Notes: generated by a model from the sequence alone, not told the origin. A stretch of 64,000 bases of DNA from Candidatus Cloacimonadales bacterium (GCA_963667035.1 OY762964.1:2176001-2240000); one strand, 5' to 3'. Positions 41,682-52,644 are shown, numbered from the stretch's first letter. A program made the numbers and translations.

Positions 41682-42686
41682 CTACTCAATATTGAGAATA
41701 TCAACAACCGGAAGTTCCGGTAAATACTCTCTAATAGTAGACGCTAAACCCTCACTATCTACATGATTACCATTAATTGCACTACTATTAACTGCTATAG
41801 CATTCATAAGGAACGGATATATTGTTTTAATATCCATCTCTTCTTGCATTAGTTTTACGTTAACAAGGTCAAGCTGGAGATTAAAAGGATGTTTGATTAT
41901 TATCTCTCCATGAAAATCCAGAAAATAACTACCAAGATTATGCCAATTCTTACCTGTAATTGCTCCCGGAATATAAATTCTATCTGGATAATACTCGTGA
42001 CATAGTTCTAAGAACCGTTTCTCATTCCCTAAAAGTGACATTAGATTAGTTGTAATCCATTCATCTTTATACAGAGAGATAAACTCTGTTTTATCAGAAA
42101 ATTCTTTAGTAACAGGTATACTTTTCAAAATCTGTAGTCTTCTGAGTTCTTTAACAATCATCTCTATACTACCATAGTTAGCTCCGGCAGCAATAATCAT
42201 AGCCTGGATACTATCATTAAGAAGTACTGCCTTTCTATCCAGGGAACCATCAATAATAATTGTTGAAGCTCCAAGAATCCTTAATCTCTCTATAATTTCC
42301 TTCTGATCTGTTACACTTGCAGGACCAACTATCTCTGCCTCTGTATCCATTATTGCTTTAACGATCCAAATATCCTTCCCCCCCGCTTTGTATCTAGTTC
42401 TTTCTAGAACTTCATAGCAGTGAGGATTTCTTTTTATCTCGTCAGCAAAAGTAGTAAAGATAGTATTCTTTGCAATTAATACCTTTGGCTTCTCGGTACC
42501 AAAAACCGTGTCTTTATCCTCTCCATCTCTGCCTGTCGTTGTCAGACCGAATCTATATACGGAGTAATGTTTAAGAATCCAGTTTACTAAAGAAGTCTTC
42601 CCTGCATTCTTAGAAAGACCGGTTATTGCTATAACCATTCTGTCGTTAGGGAAAAGAGCTTTTTTGATTTGATCGTAGATTGTCAT
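41682..42686 (-). CDS. Lysine-fermentation-associated P-loop protein (KamB-like)
   Basis: GLSKNAGKT, TTGRDGE..D...T.KP, IDGSLDR; adjacent to kamA. Confidence 0.7.
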   Translation of the reverse strand: MTIYDQIKKALFPNDRMVIAITGLSKNAGKTSLVNWILKHYSVYRFGLTTTGRDGEDKDTVFGTEKPKVLIAKNTIFTTFADEIKRNPHCYEVLERTRYKAGGKDIWIVKAIMDTEAEIVGPASVTDQKEIIERLRILGASTIIIDGSLDRKAVLLNDSIQAMIIAAGANYGSIEMIVKELRRLQILKSIPVTKEFSDKTEFISLYKDEWITTNLMSLLGNEKRFLELCHEYYPDRIYIPGAITGKNWHNLGSYFLDFHGEIIIKHPFNLQLDLVNVKLMQEEMDIKTIYPFLMNAIAVNSSAINGNHVDSEGLASTIREYLPELPVVDILNIE

Positions 42687-42722
42687 GAGAAAATATGCCC
42701 CCATGAAGGGGGCGTTAGGTAA

Positions 42723-43991
42723 TTATTTCTGTTTATTTTTAAAAGCTTGAATCTGCTTCTGTCTGTTATTGCGTTTAGAATCTTCAGGACCAAATGATAG
42801 TTTGTTTCCGTAAAGTAGATTCATAACTCCATCATCTGAACGTCTAACTTCTTCAACTAAACCTGAATAATCTTCTCTATTCTGTTCCTTATACTCAGGT
42901 TCCGTATAAGTTGTAATAAAACCTTCATAGTTTCGTAGAATAACTCTACCCGGCATTTGAGAGAGAATGTAATTAGGTTGAACCGGTATTTTACCACCGC
43001 CACCGGGAGCATCCACAACAAACGTAGGAACACAAAGTCCGGAAGTATGACCTCTTAATGACTCGATTATCTCTATACCCTTTGAAATAGGAGTTCTAAA
43101 ATGTGATATCCCCTCTGAGAGGTCACATTGATAGATATAATAAGGTCTCACACGATTCTTAACAAGCATGTGTACGAGTTTCTTCATAACTTCCACATGA
43201 TCATTTACACCTTTTAGAAGAACAGTTTGATTGCCTAATACAACACCTGCTTCAGCAAGTTTTCTTAATGCTTCTACTGCATCCTGAGTGATTTCATTAG
43301 GATGATTGAAATGTGTGTTAAACCAGATAGGAGGATATTTCTTAAGCATATTGCATAAACTATCTGTAATCCTCTGAGGAAGAACAACAGGAGTTCTAGA
43401 GCCAATTCTAATTATATCAACATGGTCAATTTTATAGAGTTGAGAAATAATCTCTTCTAATCTCTCTTCTCCTAGTGTTAATGGATCTCCACCACTAATA
43501 ATAACATCTCTGACTTCCTTATGTTGTCTGATGTATTCGATGCCCTTTTGAATCTCTTCCATTGGAACTGCCATATCTTTCTCTCCGGCTTTACGACGGC
43601 GAGTACAGTGGCGACAGTACATAGAACACTGATCAGTAACTAAAAGAAGTGTTCTATCAGGATAACGATGTGTGAGACCCTTTGCAGGAGAATCCACATC
43701 TTCATGAAGAGGGTCAGCCATATCATTTCTAGACAAAAAACTTTCCATTATCGCAGGTATTGCCTGCAATCTTACAGGATCTTTAGGGTCATCAGGCTTG
43801 ATAAGTGAAAGGTAATACGGTGTTATTGCCATTCTAAATGAAAAATCTTCATCAGCGAATAAAGCTTCTTCGTCTTCAGTTAGGACAATATACTTTTTCA
43901 ATTCTTCGACTGTTGAAATACGATTTCTCAATTGCCAATGCCAGTCATTCCACTCCTGTTCAGTTGCTATAGATTTTATATCTGTTACCAT
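42723..43991 (-). CDS. kamA: Lysine 2,3-aminomutase (radical SAM)
   Basis: WNDWHWQ, THRYPDR, CSMYCRHCTR, SGGDPL, DAPGGGGKIP. Confidence 0.97.
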   Translation of the reverse strand: MVTDIKSIATEQEWNDWHWQLRNRISTVEELKKYIVLTEDEEALFADEDFSFRMAITPYYLSLIKPDDPKDPVRLQAIPAIMESFLSRNDMADPLHEDVDSPAKGLTHRYPDRTLLLVTDQCSMYCRHCTRRRKAGEKDMAVPMEEIQKGIEYIRQHKEVRDVIISGGDPLTLGEERLEEIISQLYKIDHVDIIRIGSRTPVVLPQRITDSLCNMLKKYPPIWFNTHFNHPNEITQDAVEALRKLAEAGVVLGNQTVLLKGVNDHVEVMKKLVHMLVKNRVRPYYIYQCDLSEGISHFRTPISKGIEIIESLRGHTSGLCVPTFVVDAPGGGGKIPVQPNYILSQMPGRVILRNYEGFITTYTEPEYKEQNREDYSGLVEEVRRSDDGVMNLLYGNKLSFGPEDSKRNNRQKQIQAFKNKQK

Positions 43992-44012
43992 TTTAACCTC
44001 TTATATAAGATA

Positions 44013-44040
44013 GAAAAAGCTCAGTTCCCTGAGCTTTTTC
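44013..44040 (-). terminator. Hairpin/terminator between kdd and kamA
   Basis: AAAAAGCTCAG TTCC CTGAGCTTTTT. Confidence 0.6.
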
Positions 44041-44057
44041 AATTATGTTTATTATTG

Positions 44058-45122
44058 CTAGTCAGTATATCTTTCTTTAAAGAGCTTCATTAATGTTTCG
44101 TTTCTTCTAAGAAGATCAATAGATATCATTGCATGATTATGAGCATAACCGTTACCAAGAATCATATCTACGTCTGCACCGATACCTTCAGCACCAAGAG
44201 CAGCTTTAGTAAAGCTTGTTGCCATTGAGAAGAAATAAACAACACCTCTGTCTTTACAAGCCATGATAGAGCCCATCTCTGTGTTATCAACATTAACTAC
44301 GTTAACAACGAGGTCAGCCATCTTACCATTTGTAGCTTTGTGAACAATTTCCTCTACTTGTACAGCGTTTGTGGCATCTGCAATCTCAACAATATCACAA
44401 CCTGTATTGTAACAATCATCAACATGGTTTGCTGAGTGAACAAGTCCGATTACCTTTCCTGATACTCCAACTCTTTCTTTTGCAATTGCATTACAAAGAA
44501 CACCTGATTTTCCACCTGAACCGAGAATAACAACTGTATCACCCGGTTTTGCAAGTCTTTCAACTTGAGCAGGAGCTCCGGCAACATCAAGGATAGATAA
44601 TGCAAGATTTTCATCCATATCTTCAGGTAACTTTGCGTATATACCTGAACTAAACAGGATTGCTTGTCCCTCAATATCAACCTGATCTTTATTTAAATGA
44701 ACTTTCTTAACTGTCTTCACTTTAAGAGGTGTAAGGGATAAAGAAACAAGTGTAGCTATTGTATCACCGACTTTAACTTCTTCTTTCATCTCAAAGTTTG
44801 GTCCTATAGCTGCAACTTTACCGATAAGCATTCCGCCTGAACCGGTATCTTCGTTTTTATGTTTTCCTGTTCTTTCAGTGAGATCAATAACATGATTAGC
44901 AAAAGCTTGTTCAAGATCATTCTCATGTCCTTGAGCAATGAGTTTTTCTTTAATCTGATGGAAAGACGCAGAGTCTACATTAAGACGAATTACATCAATC
45001 AACATCTCGTTGTCCCAAATTTCACTCATGTCATTGTTAACTACTCTAGCAGGCTGTGGTAAAACACCTTGTGGCTCAACAACTCTATGTGTGCCGTAAC
45101 GATTTCCACATGTTCTCATCAA
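44058..45122 (-). CDS. kdd: L-erythro-3,5-diaminohexanoate dehydrogenase
   Basis: YGTHRV.EP.G.LPQ.A, TGSGGML.G, ATLVSLSLTPL, LDVAGAPAQ, FFSMATSF. Confidence 0.95.
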   Translation of the reverse strand: MMRTCGNRYGTHRVVEPQGVLPQPARVVNNDMSEIWDNEMLIDVIRLNVDSASFHQIKEKLIAQGHENDLEQAFANHVIDLTERTGKHKNEDTGSGGMLIGKVAAIGPNFEMKEEVKVGDTIATLVSLSLTPLKVKTVKKVHLNKDQVDIEGQAILFSSGIYAKLPEDMDENLALSILDVAGAPAQVERLAKPGDTVVILGSGGKSGVLCNAIAKERVGVSGKVIGLVHSANHVDDCYNTGCDIVEIADATNAVQVEEIVHKATNGKMADLVVNVVNVDNTEMGSIMACKDRGVVYFFSMATSFTKAALGAEGIGADVDMILGNGYAHNHAMISIDLLRRNETLMKLFKERYTD

Positions 45123-45427
45123 AAACCTCCGTATATAGTTTTATTTTGCGTATTTTACAAACAATTTTCAGCAACTTCAAACTCTGTCAATAGAAATCCC
45201 TACCAAGTTGTTTAAAGCTATATATCAATACTGATTCCAACTATGTTAAGAAATCAATATTTCATCAGATAAAGGTAGATTATCAAGTTTTCTGTACATA
45301 ATATATATATGGTCCACTTCTTTTTCTTTTTTCGACAACATATATCATAATGACAGTGAAAACACTAAAATTCATAATCTTATTGACAGGCTAACAGGTC
45401 GAATTTTCCCTACAATCAGAGGAAAAT

Positions 45428-47227
45428 ATGAAACAGGAAAACATCAGAAACTTTTGCATTATTGCCCATATTGATCATGGGAAATCTACTCTGGCAGATA
45501 GACTGCTAGAGGTCACAAATGTTATTGATAAACATAAGATGGTTGCCCAGATTCTTGATGATATGGAGCTTGAGCGTGAGAAAGGAATTACTATCAAATC
45601 CCATGCCATTAGACTGCCATATAACTACAAGGGTGAAGATTATGTGTTGAATCTAATTGATACACCAGGACACGTGGATTTTTCCTATGAAGTTTCACGT
45701 AGTCTTGCTTCATGTGAAGGTGCATTGCTACTTGTAGATGCTGCTCAAGGTATTGAAGCACAAACAATGAGTAATATGTATCTGGCAATGGAGAATGACC
45801 TGGAAATTATTCCGGTCGCCAATAAGATAGATTTACCTAAAGCAGATATAGAAGGTACTATTCATGACATCGTCGAAGTACTAGGTACTAATCCCGATGT
45901 TATTCAAAAAGTCAGTGGTAAGACCGGAGAGAATGTCGAGTTGCTTTTAGAAGCTATTGTTGAACATATCCTTGCACCCCAAGGTAAAGTTGATTCTCCT
46001 CCCAAAGCTCTGATATTTGATTCATATTTTGATAAATACAGAGGAGTTATAGTTCTTGTTAGAATTGTAGACGGTCAGCTTAAGAAAGGCGATGACATTA
46101 AACTTATGTCAAATGGAATAGAATATACAATCGAAGAGATTGGATATCTCGGTATCAAACAGGAGCCTACCAAAGGACTTACAACTGGTGAAGTAGGCTA
46201 CATCATAGCTAACATTAAAGAGATTGCCGATGCTCGTGTAGGAGATACAATAACCCTAGCAAAAGGCGGATGTACAGAGATTCTACCTGGATTCCAAGAG
46301 CCTAAGCCTATGGTTTATAGCGGTATCTTCCCTATTAACGGTGAAGATTACGAGGATCTGGTTGAAGCTATGGCTAAGCTTAAACTGAATGACGCTTCTC
46401 TTGTTTATGAAAAAGAAAGCTCCCTTGCTCTAGGTTATGGTTTTAGATGCGGATTCCTAGGAATGCTTCATCTTGAAATTATTAAAGAGCGTTTTCTAAG
46501 AGAGTATGATTTACCTATTATTGCCACTACTCCTAGCGTAAAGTTTATAATAAAAATGACAAACGGTGACGAAAAGATAGTGTATAACCCTGTAGATTTC
46601 CCTGATCCCGTGAATATTGATTATATAGAAGAGCCTATTATGGACACTGAAATTATTGTGCCGTCTGATTATATTGGCAATATCATGAAACTTGCCCAAG
46701 ATAGACGTGGTGTTCAAAAGGACATGCAATATATTGATGAGAAGCGTGTTGCAATTCATTATGAACTTCCACTTATTGAGATTATCTTCGACTTCTATGA
46801 CAAGTTGAAAACTGTCAGTCGTGGCTATGCTTCTTTGGACTATAGTTTCAAACGCTATCAGCGCTCAAGAGTGGTAAAAGTCGACATCCTAGTGAATAAC
46901 GAGAAGGTCGATGCCCTCTCATTCATCTGTCATGAAGACAAAGCTTACAGTTGGGGCAAAGCAATCACTACCACTCTATCTGAAGAAATTCCTAAGCATC
47001 TTTTTAAAGTTGCAATTCAAGCAGCCATAGGTGGTAAAATAGTTGCTCGTAGTACAGTTAATGCTATGCGTAAGGATGTGCTTGCCAAGTGTTATGGTGG
47101 AGACATTACTCGTAAGAGAAAGCTTCTTGAGAAGCAGAAGAAAGGTAAAAAACGTATGAAAGAGGTAGGCTCTGTATCAATCCCGCAAGAAGCCTTCCTT
47201 TCAGTACTGAAAGCTAATAGAGAGTAG
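45428..47227 (+). CDS. lepA: Translation elongation factor 4
   Basis: IRNFCIIAHIDHGKSTLADR, GFRCGFLG.LH, KCYGGDITRKRKLLEKQK. Confidence 0.98.
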   Translation: MKQENIRNFCIIAHIDHGKSTLADRLLEVTNVIDKHKMVAQILDDMELEREKGITIKSHAIRLPYNYKGEDYVLNLIDTPGHVDFSYEVSRSLASCEGALLLVDAAQGIEAQTMSNMYLAMENDLEIIPVANKIDLPKADIEGTIHDIVEVLGTNPDVIQKVSGKTGENVELLLEAIVEHILAPQGKVDSPPKALIFDSYFDKYRGVIVLVRIVDGQLKKGDDIKLMSNGIEYTIEEIGYLGIKQEPTKGLTTGEVGYIIANIKEIADARVGDTITLAKGGCTEILPGFQEPKPMVYSGIFPINGEDYEDLVEAMAKLKLNDASLVYEKESSLALGYGFRCGFLGMLHLEIIKERFLREYDLPIIATTPSVKFIIKMTNGDEKIVYNPVDFPDPVNIDYIEEPIMDTEIIVPSDYIGNIMKLAQDRRGVQKDMQYIDEKRVAIHYELPLIEIIFDFYDKLKTVSRGYASLDYSFKRYQRSRVVKVDILVNNEKVDALSFICHEDKAYSWGKAITTTLSEEIPKHLFKVAIQAAIGGKIVARSTVNAMRKDVLAKCYGGDITRKRKLLEKQKKGKKRMKEVGSVSIPQEAFLSVLKANRE

Positions 47228-47255
47228 TTTTATTGGGTATCACTTTGGTGGTACC

Positions 47256-48431
47256 CTATATTTGTTGGGTACCTTTTACAAATTCTACGAAAGAAGAAAG
47301 TGACATGAGTTTGTCTCTATGTGCAGTAGGAAAACTAGATATGTGGCTTTGAGGAACAACTAACTTTACATTAGCAGCTTGCATTTCAGTTAACTGATTA
47401 CTTGAAATTCCTTGCTGTAGGGTAAAAAGATGTTTGTTGGGGATTCGATCCGCTTCACTTATAATCTGACGCCATCTATCCTTACATGTTGTCTTCGCAC
47501 CTAAGAAGACAAGCTTGTCACTTCCAACAGCTTCTTGGAAATATGTGATAATATCAGGAAAGATGAAATCTGGCTTTTTATTGTCTTCAGTTCTACAATG
47601 CATTTCGTAGTTTAGACTATGCACATCAAATATTGATGCTAAATGATGCTCTAAGGATTTTCCTGCTCTTGATTTGCGTCGGTTTAGGATAGTGTTTGCT
47701 GTTCTTATCAGCCCATCAACACTTTGGAAGGGTTGTAATAAGAAATCATTGTATCTATCTTGTTCGAATGCTTTGAACACCTCATACTCTAGGTTCGTAA
47801 GTTCAAGTATTGCTTTATCAGGATTATTCCTAATTAGTCCATCATTCATTAATAATAATCTTTCTGCTATTCTTTTGGTTTCAATGGCAATATCTCTAGT
47901 AGATGGGAAATCTTCATCAATTGAACTGATGTAGTTGTTTATTTCGTTTTGGAGATTATCTTCAAAACTGGGTTTATCTATGGAAGGTATTAATCCATTC
48001 ACATTTGTTGGGGATATTCCAAACTCATAAATAAACTGCTCTATATCCTCATCTCTAGAAAGTACATAACCTAAATAAAAATCATCAGCAACTTTTATTA
48101 GTACTAATAAGTTACCAACATTTGATGAGGAAATATACGGGAAGCCTTTACCAAACCTTGTTAATCTATACTCATTTCTTGTACCTTTACCATAATAAAT
48201 AAACCGTCCACTAGTCTTAAAGTCATCTTGCCATTTTATCGTAACAAACTTATCTTTATTTTCTCCTTTAACGCCTTCTTCACTAAACATAAGAGACCAA
48301 GAACCTTTATGAATGTGAAAACCTGATTGATGCCCTCCCGTATCTCCAGTATCATTAGCAGTTATGTATTTACAATATGAAACCGGATATTCAGCACAAT
48401 CTCTTATAGCTTGTTGTAGAATATTATGCAT
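47256..48431 (-). CDS. Type II restriction endonuclease, EcoRII-like
   Basis: N-terminal effector domain ([18 protein letters not shown]) plus [29 protein letters not shown]. Confidence 0.92.
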   Translation of the reverse strand: MHNILQQAIRDCAEYPVSYCKYITANDTGDTGGHQSGFHIHKGSWSLMFSEEGVKGENKDKFVTIKWQDDFKTSGRFIYYGKGTRNEYRLTRFGKGFPYISSSNVGNLLVLIKVADDFYLGYVLSRDEDIEQFIYEFGISPTNVNGLIPSIDKPSFEDNLQNEINNYISSIDEDFPSTRDIAIETKRIAERLLLMNDGLIRNNPDKAILELTNLEYEVFKAFEQDRYNDFLLQPFQSVDGLIRTANTILNRRKSRAGKSLEHHLASIFDVHSLNYEMHCRTEDNKKPDFIFPDIITYFQEAVGSDKLVFLGAKTTCKDRWRQIISEADRIPNKHLFTLQQGISSNQLTEMQAANVKLVVPQSHISSFPTAHRDKLMSLSSFVEFVKGTQQI

Positions 48432-49620
48432 TTGCTTCCTCCAAAGTTTTTAGGAGCTCTTTTGCAACCGCATTCATTAAAGGTACGACTACAGAATTTC
48501 CAAACTGCCTATAGGCTTGATTATCTGATACATCAATTCTAAATTCTTTTGGGAAACCTTGTAATCTTGCACATTCTCTTGGAGTTAATCGCCGAGGATT
48601 TTTATTCTCTTGAGGAATTAATATTTCTGCTCCATCTTTATAATATCTTGCACTCATAGTCCTACTAACACCTTCTAAATCTGCTAACCCATACCCAAAT
48701 CCATTACCTTTAGCCTTATGCTTCTTTGCATACATTTGAAGATAGTTCCAAAGTTTATCTGTTAATGTATACTTCTCTGCTACATTTGGTTCAAGAATAG
48801 TTTTTAACATATGCTTTGATTCAGGATTATCTGGGAACTTGAAGCTTTGATTATTAGGGAATAAATCATTTCTAAATCCAACTATTATAATTCTTTCTCT
48901 ATGTTGAGGAACATAGTATTTCCCATCAAGTATTTTATCAAAAACAGAATAGCCAAGTTCACCAAGAGTTCTAATGATTATTCTATAAGTCTTTCCTTTA
49001 TCATGGGACTTAAGATTCTTAACATTTTCTAACATAAATGCTTTAGGTTTTTTTGCTTTTAATATTCTTGCAATATCGAAGAAAAGTGTGCCTTGAGTCT
49101 CATCTAAGAACCCATGCTCTCTTCCGAGGCTGTTCTTCTTTGATACTCCGGCAATTGAGAATGGTTGACAAGGAAATCCTGCAAGTAGCAGATCATGATC
49201 TGGGATTTCATACTCATTGATTTCTTTTATGTCTCCAAATGGAACTTCACCAAAGTTTCGCTCATAGGTCTGCTTAGCAAATTTATCGTATTCTGAAGAA
49301 AAAACACATTTACCACCTTCAAGTTGATAAGCTAATCTAATTCCTCCTATTCCTGCGAAAAGATCAATGAATTTGAACTTTGGATTTTCGGGACTAGGGA
49401 ATGGTATATCCCACCTACACTTTATATTCTCATACCTTTCAATACTATCTCCATATTTTGCAAAGCATTCTAATGCAGAATCTCTGTAGTTTTTTGCATA
49501 ATCATCATCGATTGCCTGAAGATAGTGTGTCATATAAGCAAAGTCATTATTATGCTTTTTTAGTGGATTTATTCTTAATTTATCTCTTAACTCTGTATAG
49601 TTTAAATCGTAATGTTTCAA
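48424..49620 (-). CDS. dcm: DNA (cytosine-5) methyltransferase, Dcm/M.EcoRII-like
   Basis: [44 protein letters not shown]. Confidence 0.93.
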   Translation of the reverse strand: MKHYDLNYTELRDKLRINPLKKHNNDFAYMTHYLQAIDDDYAKNYRDSALECFAKYGDSIERYENIKCRWDIPFPSPENPKFKFIDLFAGIGGIRLAYQLEGGKCVFSSEYDKFAKQTYERNFGEVPFGDIKEINEYEIPDHDLLLAGFPCQPFSIAGVSKKNSLGREHGFLDETQGTLFFDIARILKAKKPKAFMLENVKNLKSHDKGKTYRIIIRTLGELGYSVFDKILDGKYYVPQHRERIIIVGFRNDLFPNNQSFKFPDNPESKHMLKTILEPNVAEKYTLTDKLWNYLQMYAKKHKAKGNGFGYGLADLEGVSRTMSARYYKDGAEILIPQENKNPRRLTPRECARLQGFPKEFRIDVSDNQAYRQFGNSVVVPLMNAVAKELLKTLEEANA

Positions 49621-49708
49621 ATTAATCTCTCATTTTTTCTTACAAAATAACTATATACAGTTATAAGTCAATGAAAACAAGCAGTCAAAAATAATGAAAA
49701 ACAGCGAA

Positions 49709-49735
49709 GCCCCCTGCGAGAGGATTGCAGGGGGC
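49709..49735 (-). terminator. GC-rich hairpin after the sigma operon
   Basis: GCCCCCTGCGA...TTGCAGGGGGC. Confidence 0.6.
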
Positions 49736-49740
49736 ATTTA

Positions 49741-50970
49741 TTATTGGATATATGAAGAAGATTTATAGTTCAAGTAACCCATATTGGAGATTACATCGGT
49801 ATCATCCTTAAGTTCCTTCTCTTTTGAGTTATCTTCCACAGTGCCTTTATTGATTTTAAGCTTCATCTGAATAAGACCAAAGAGCTCTTTACCAACGATA
49901 ATCTCACCGTAGTTATCAATCACAGAGATCTTTTCGTGAAGAGTCTCGGCAGAGATAGCATCATCAATAATCATCTGACCTTTATTGAGGATATGATATG
50001 ATTCTTCGGAGAACTTTAACTCTGTCTCGGTAATGGTTCTCTCACCACTATTAATGAGAAGTTTACCGTCATAGGTTATCACCTTTATACTGTTATCGAC
50101 CAAAAGTATCAGAGTATCCAGTAAGTGCTTGGGAGAATAAATGACTTTAGCTCCTAAAATATCTGAAATTCCCTTTCTCAATGCTTCTACATCAACATCG
50201 TGTTCAAAGATAATGGTACCGGTAGAGTAAATCTTATCCCCGTTACGACGCATTAAGTCCACAGTATCAAAGATAGTGTTACCGGAGATTAACTCACAAT
50301 TGTCGGGAATAACTCTAACACTACCCATAACGTTACCGGCACTCTTCTTTTCAAATATCTCTTGATACTTCTCTCTAAAGATAGCAAGTCCCATCACTTT
50401 GATAGACTTAATCTTCCTATCGAATAGCTCGATATTAAAGTTTTTAATCATTTTAATAGTACCCATCACATCGACACTTGTTTCCTCTTCCAGTGAATTC
50501 AACCACTCCTGAGTTACTTCTTTAGTACCTTTCACGGTTTCTTTCTCGGGATTAAACTCTTGGAACATGCCGACATTCTTAACAACCTTAGATTTAACAA
50601 CACCCATTAAGTCTTTCGGGGATTCAACGATACCGACATTATAAAGACCTGCAATTTTATCTTCAACAAGCTCTTTAGTTACATCATCATGTATTCTAAC
50701 AATCCCGACAATGAGTGCTTTCAGAGGATTTGTTAGGCTCTCAAGATAGTTTCTATCTATTTCGATATCGCCCATCTCAATCTTATAGTCCTCACCAATC
50801 TCTTCAATCATACCGACATTGCTCATTGAGATTGTGCCTATAAGTCCTCTCTGTTTTTCCGAATATAGAACAACCCCGGCATTTGATATTCTTTTAATGT
50901 TCTCAATGGTTTGTTTATCAGCAAATCTTAGGTCTACAGCCCCAATATTCTTTAAGCTCTTAGGATTCAT
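49741..50970 (-). CDS. Hypothetical cytoplasmic protein with internal repeats
   Basis: Recurrent N[VIA]G and VMG motifs; AAGGAG RBS; directly downstream of the ECF sigma. Confidence 0.7.
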   Translation of the reverse strand: MNPKSLKNIGAVDLRFADKQTIENIKRISNAGVVLYSEKQRGLIGTISMSNVGMIEEIGEDYKIEMGDIEIDRNYLESLTNPLKALIVGIVRIHDDVTKELVEDKIAGLYNVGIVESPKDLMGVVKSKVVKNVGMFQEFNPEKETVKGTKEVTQEWLNSLEEETSVDVMGTIKMIKNFNIELFDRKIKSIKVMGLAIFREKYQEIFEKKSAGNVMGSVRVIPDNCELISGNTIFDTVDLMRRNGDKIYSTGTIIFEHDVDVEALRKGISDILGAKVIYSPKHLLDTLILLVDNSIKVITYDGKLLINSGERTITETELKFSEESYHILNKGQMIIDDAISAETLHEKISVIDNYGEIIVGKELFGLIQMKLKINKGTVEDNSKEKELKDDTDVISNMGYLNYKSSSYIQ

Positions 50971-50981
50971 GATTTACTCCT

Positions 50982-51449
50982 TTATCTTTCAATATTAGCC
51001 AAAATTCTGAGCTTCTTAATCGCTTCGCTCAGTTTCCATCGGACAGTTGACTTTGGCATATCAAACTCCCTGGCAATCTCGCTCGAATTTCTTCCGAGCC
51101 AGTATTTTTGTCTTATTAGTAGTTGTTCTTCATCGTTGAGGTGAGAGATCATGGTTTCAATTAGCCATTTCTTTTCGAATTGAGGATCAACTACAGGTTC
51201 ATACACTTCTACAAACGCTACAAGTTCACGTTCCCTTTTCTTATCGATAAGTAAGTTTTTAATCACTTGAAAAAGCCAGCTTCTGATTTGGGAAGGTTTC
51301 AATCTGACCAAAAGGAGTTGGTTGTTGATAATTTTGAGATAAGTATCCTGAACCATATCGTCTGCCAGGTCTCTATCTTTTGCAATAGAGCGAGCAAAGC
51401 TTTTTATCTGCTCATCATATCTCTCAATTATCATTTCCACTGTCTGCAT
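50982..51449 (-). CDS. ECF-type RNA polymerase sigma factor
   Basis: ADDMVQDTYLK, SWLFQVIKN..ID, EIA......STVRWKL..A.KKLR. Confidence 0.9.
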   Translation of the reverse strand: MQTVEMIIERYDEQIKSFARSIAKDRDLADDMVQDTYLKIINNQLLLVRLKPSQIRSWLFQVIKNLLIDKKRERELVAFVEVYEPVVDPQFEKKWLIETMISHLNDEEQLLIRQKYWLGRNSSEIAREFDMPKSTVRWKLSEAIKKLRILANIER

Positions 51450-52000
51450 TGTAACTCCTTTCATAAACTAAGACGGAATAGCGAGTAAAAGCGTTGGTAG
51501 TTTTTTTATTAATTTCTATTGATTTTTTCTTGGCAATGTATAAATCCTTAGTCATAGAGAGTACAATAAAAATGAATATGTAAGAACTCCAGTAGAGCTA
51601 GGCATGATAGTCTAAAAGTTAGACTCTTTAATTAATACTATATGTAAAGAGAGAGGCAGAGCTTTAATTCTGCTTCTAACTTTGTTTAAAAAAGTATATT
51701 CATTTTAATTTCAATTATTGCTCCACCTAACTACTTTTTTCGTACGAGTTTCTTTCTCATTTTTCTCTCATACCCTCAGGTTTAGCTCTTTAACAAAGGA
51801 TTTTGTGCCTCTAGAAAAGTGCTTTTATATATAGTATTTTCTTAATATCTAATACGGGATGTAATGCTTTAATAATAGGACTAACTTCCATTCTCAATCA
51901 TAATTGATTCATATTCGTAATTTGTCATAATTATCAATCTGCTTTGTTCTTTTTTCACTCCTTTAGTAATCCGTCCAACTACGGATTTATTTCAAGATTT

Positions 52001-52113
52001 TCTCTCATTTCTATCTCATTTCTCTCCCGTTGCTCGCAACGGGAGACCAACGGGAGACCAACGGGAGACCAACGGGAGAGCAACGGGAGAGCAACGGGAG
52101 ACTAACCCGAGAG
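52001..52113. repeat. 11-bp tandem repeat array with an inverted left arm
   Basis: 6x CAACGGGAGA[C/G] at 52037-52102 plus one degenerate unit; inverted TCTCCCGTTGC at 52023-52033 with degenerate units upstream. Confidence 0.9.
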
Positions 52114-52176
52114 AATACAACGTCCTAAATAAAGTAGACACATATATAACTGAGAGAAATTAAAGGTTTACAGAAA

Positions 52177-52644
52177 ATGAAACAGAAAACAGCATTATGT
52201 TATAGTGAAGTATTTAAACGTAAAGTAGTTAAAGAGATTGAGGATGGAGTTCTAACTATCTCCCAAGCAAGAACTATTTACAACATAGGTGGCTCCTCTA
52301 CTTTGAAACGTTGGATTAATGAATACGGAATAAATGATCGGATAGGAAGGACGGTACATGTTATGTCAAAAACAGAAGAGACAGAAAATATATTACTTAA
52401 AAGAGAAGTAAAAATGTTAAAGCAAGCCTTAGATGATGCCCAAGTAAAGGCAGTAGTTTATGAAGCTTTGATAGATATAGCCAAGGACAAATATGGTATT
52501 GACTTAAAAAAAAAGAGTGCATTAGAGCAGTCGATACTTCAAAGAATCAGAGAACAAGAGAGCGAACTCGAATCGGAGTCCAAGCGTCCTGCAAAGCACT
52601 CGGATGTAGCCGAAAAAGCTATTACAAAGAGAAGAAAGTCTTAG
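52177..52644 (+). CDS. IS3 transposase OrfA
   Basis: YSEVFKRKVV HTH; A9G slippery site at 52506-52515. Confidence 0.88.
   Translation: MKQKTALCYSEVFKRKVVKEIEDGVLTISQARTIYNIGGSSTLKRWINEYGINDRIGRTVHVMSKTEETENILLKREVKMLKQALDDAQVKAVVYEALIDIAKDKYGIDLKKKSALEQSILQRIREQESELESESKRPAKHSDVAEKAITKRRKS

Noticed and set aside
51490..52000. Coding gene in the AT-rich gap
   Set aside because: No ORF of 60 aa or more in the track; at most a decayed remnant I cannot identify
52037..52113. CRISPR array or plasmid iterons
   Set aside because: Head-to-tail 11-mers with no spacers and no rep or cas gene nearby
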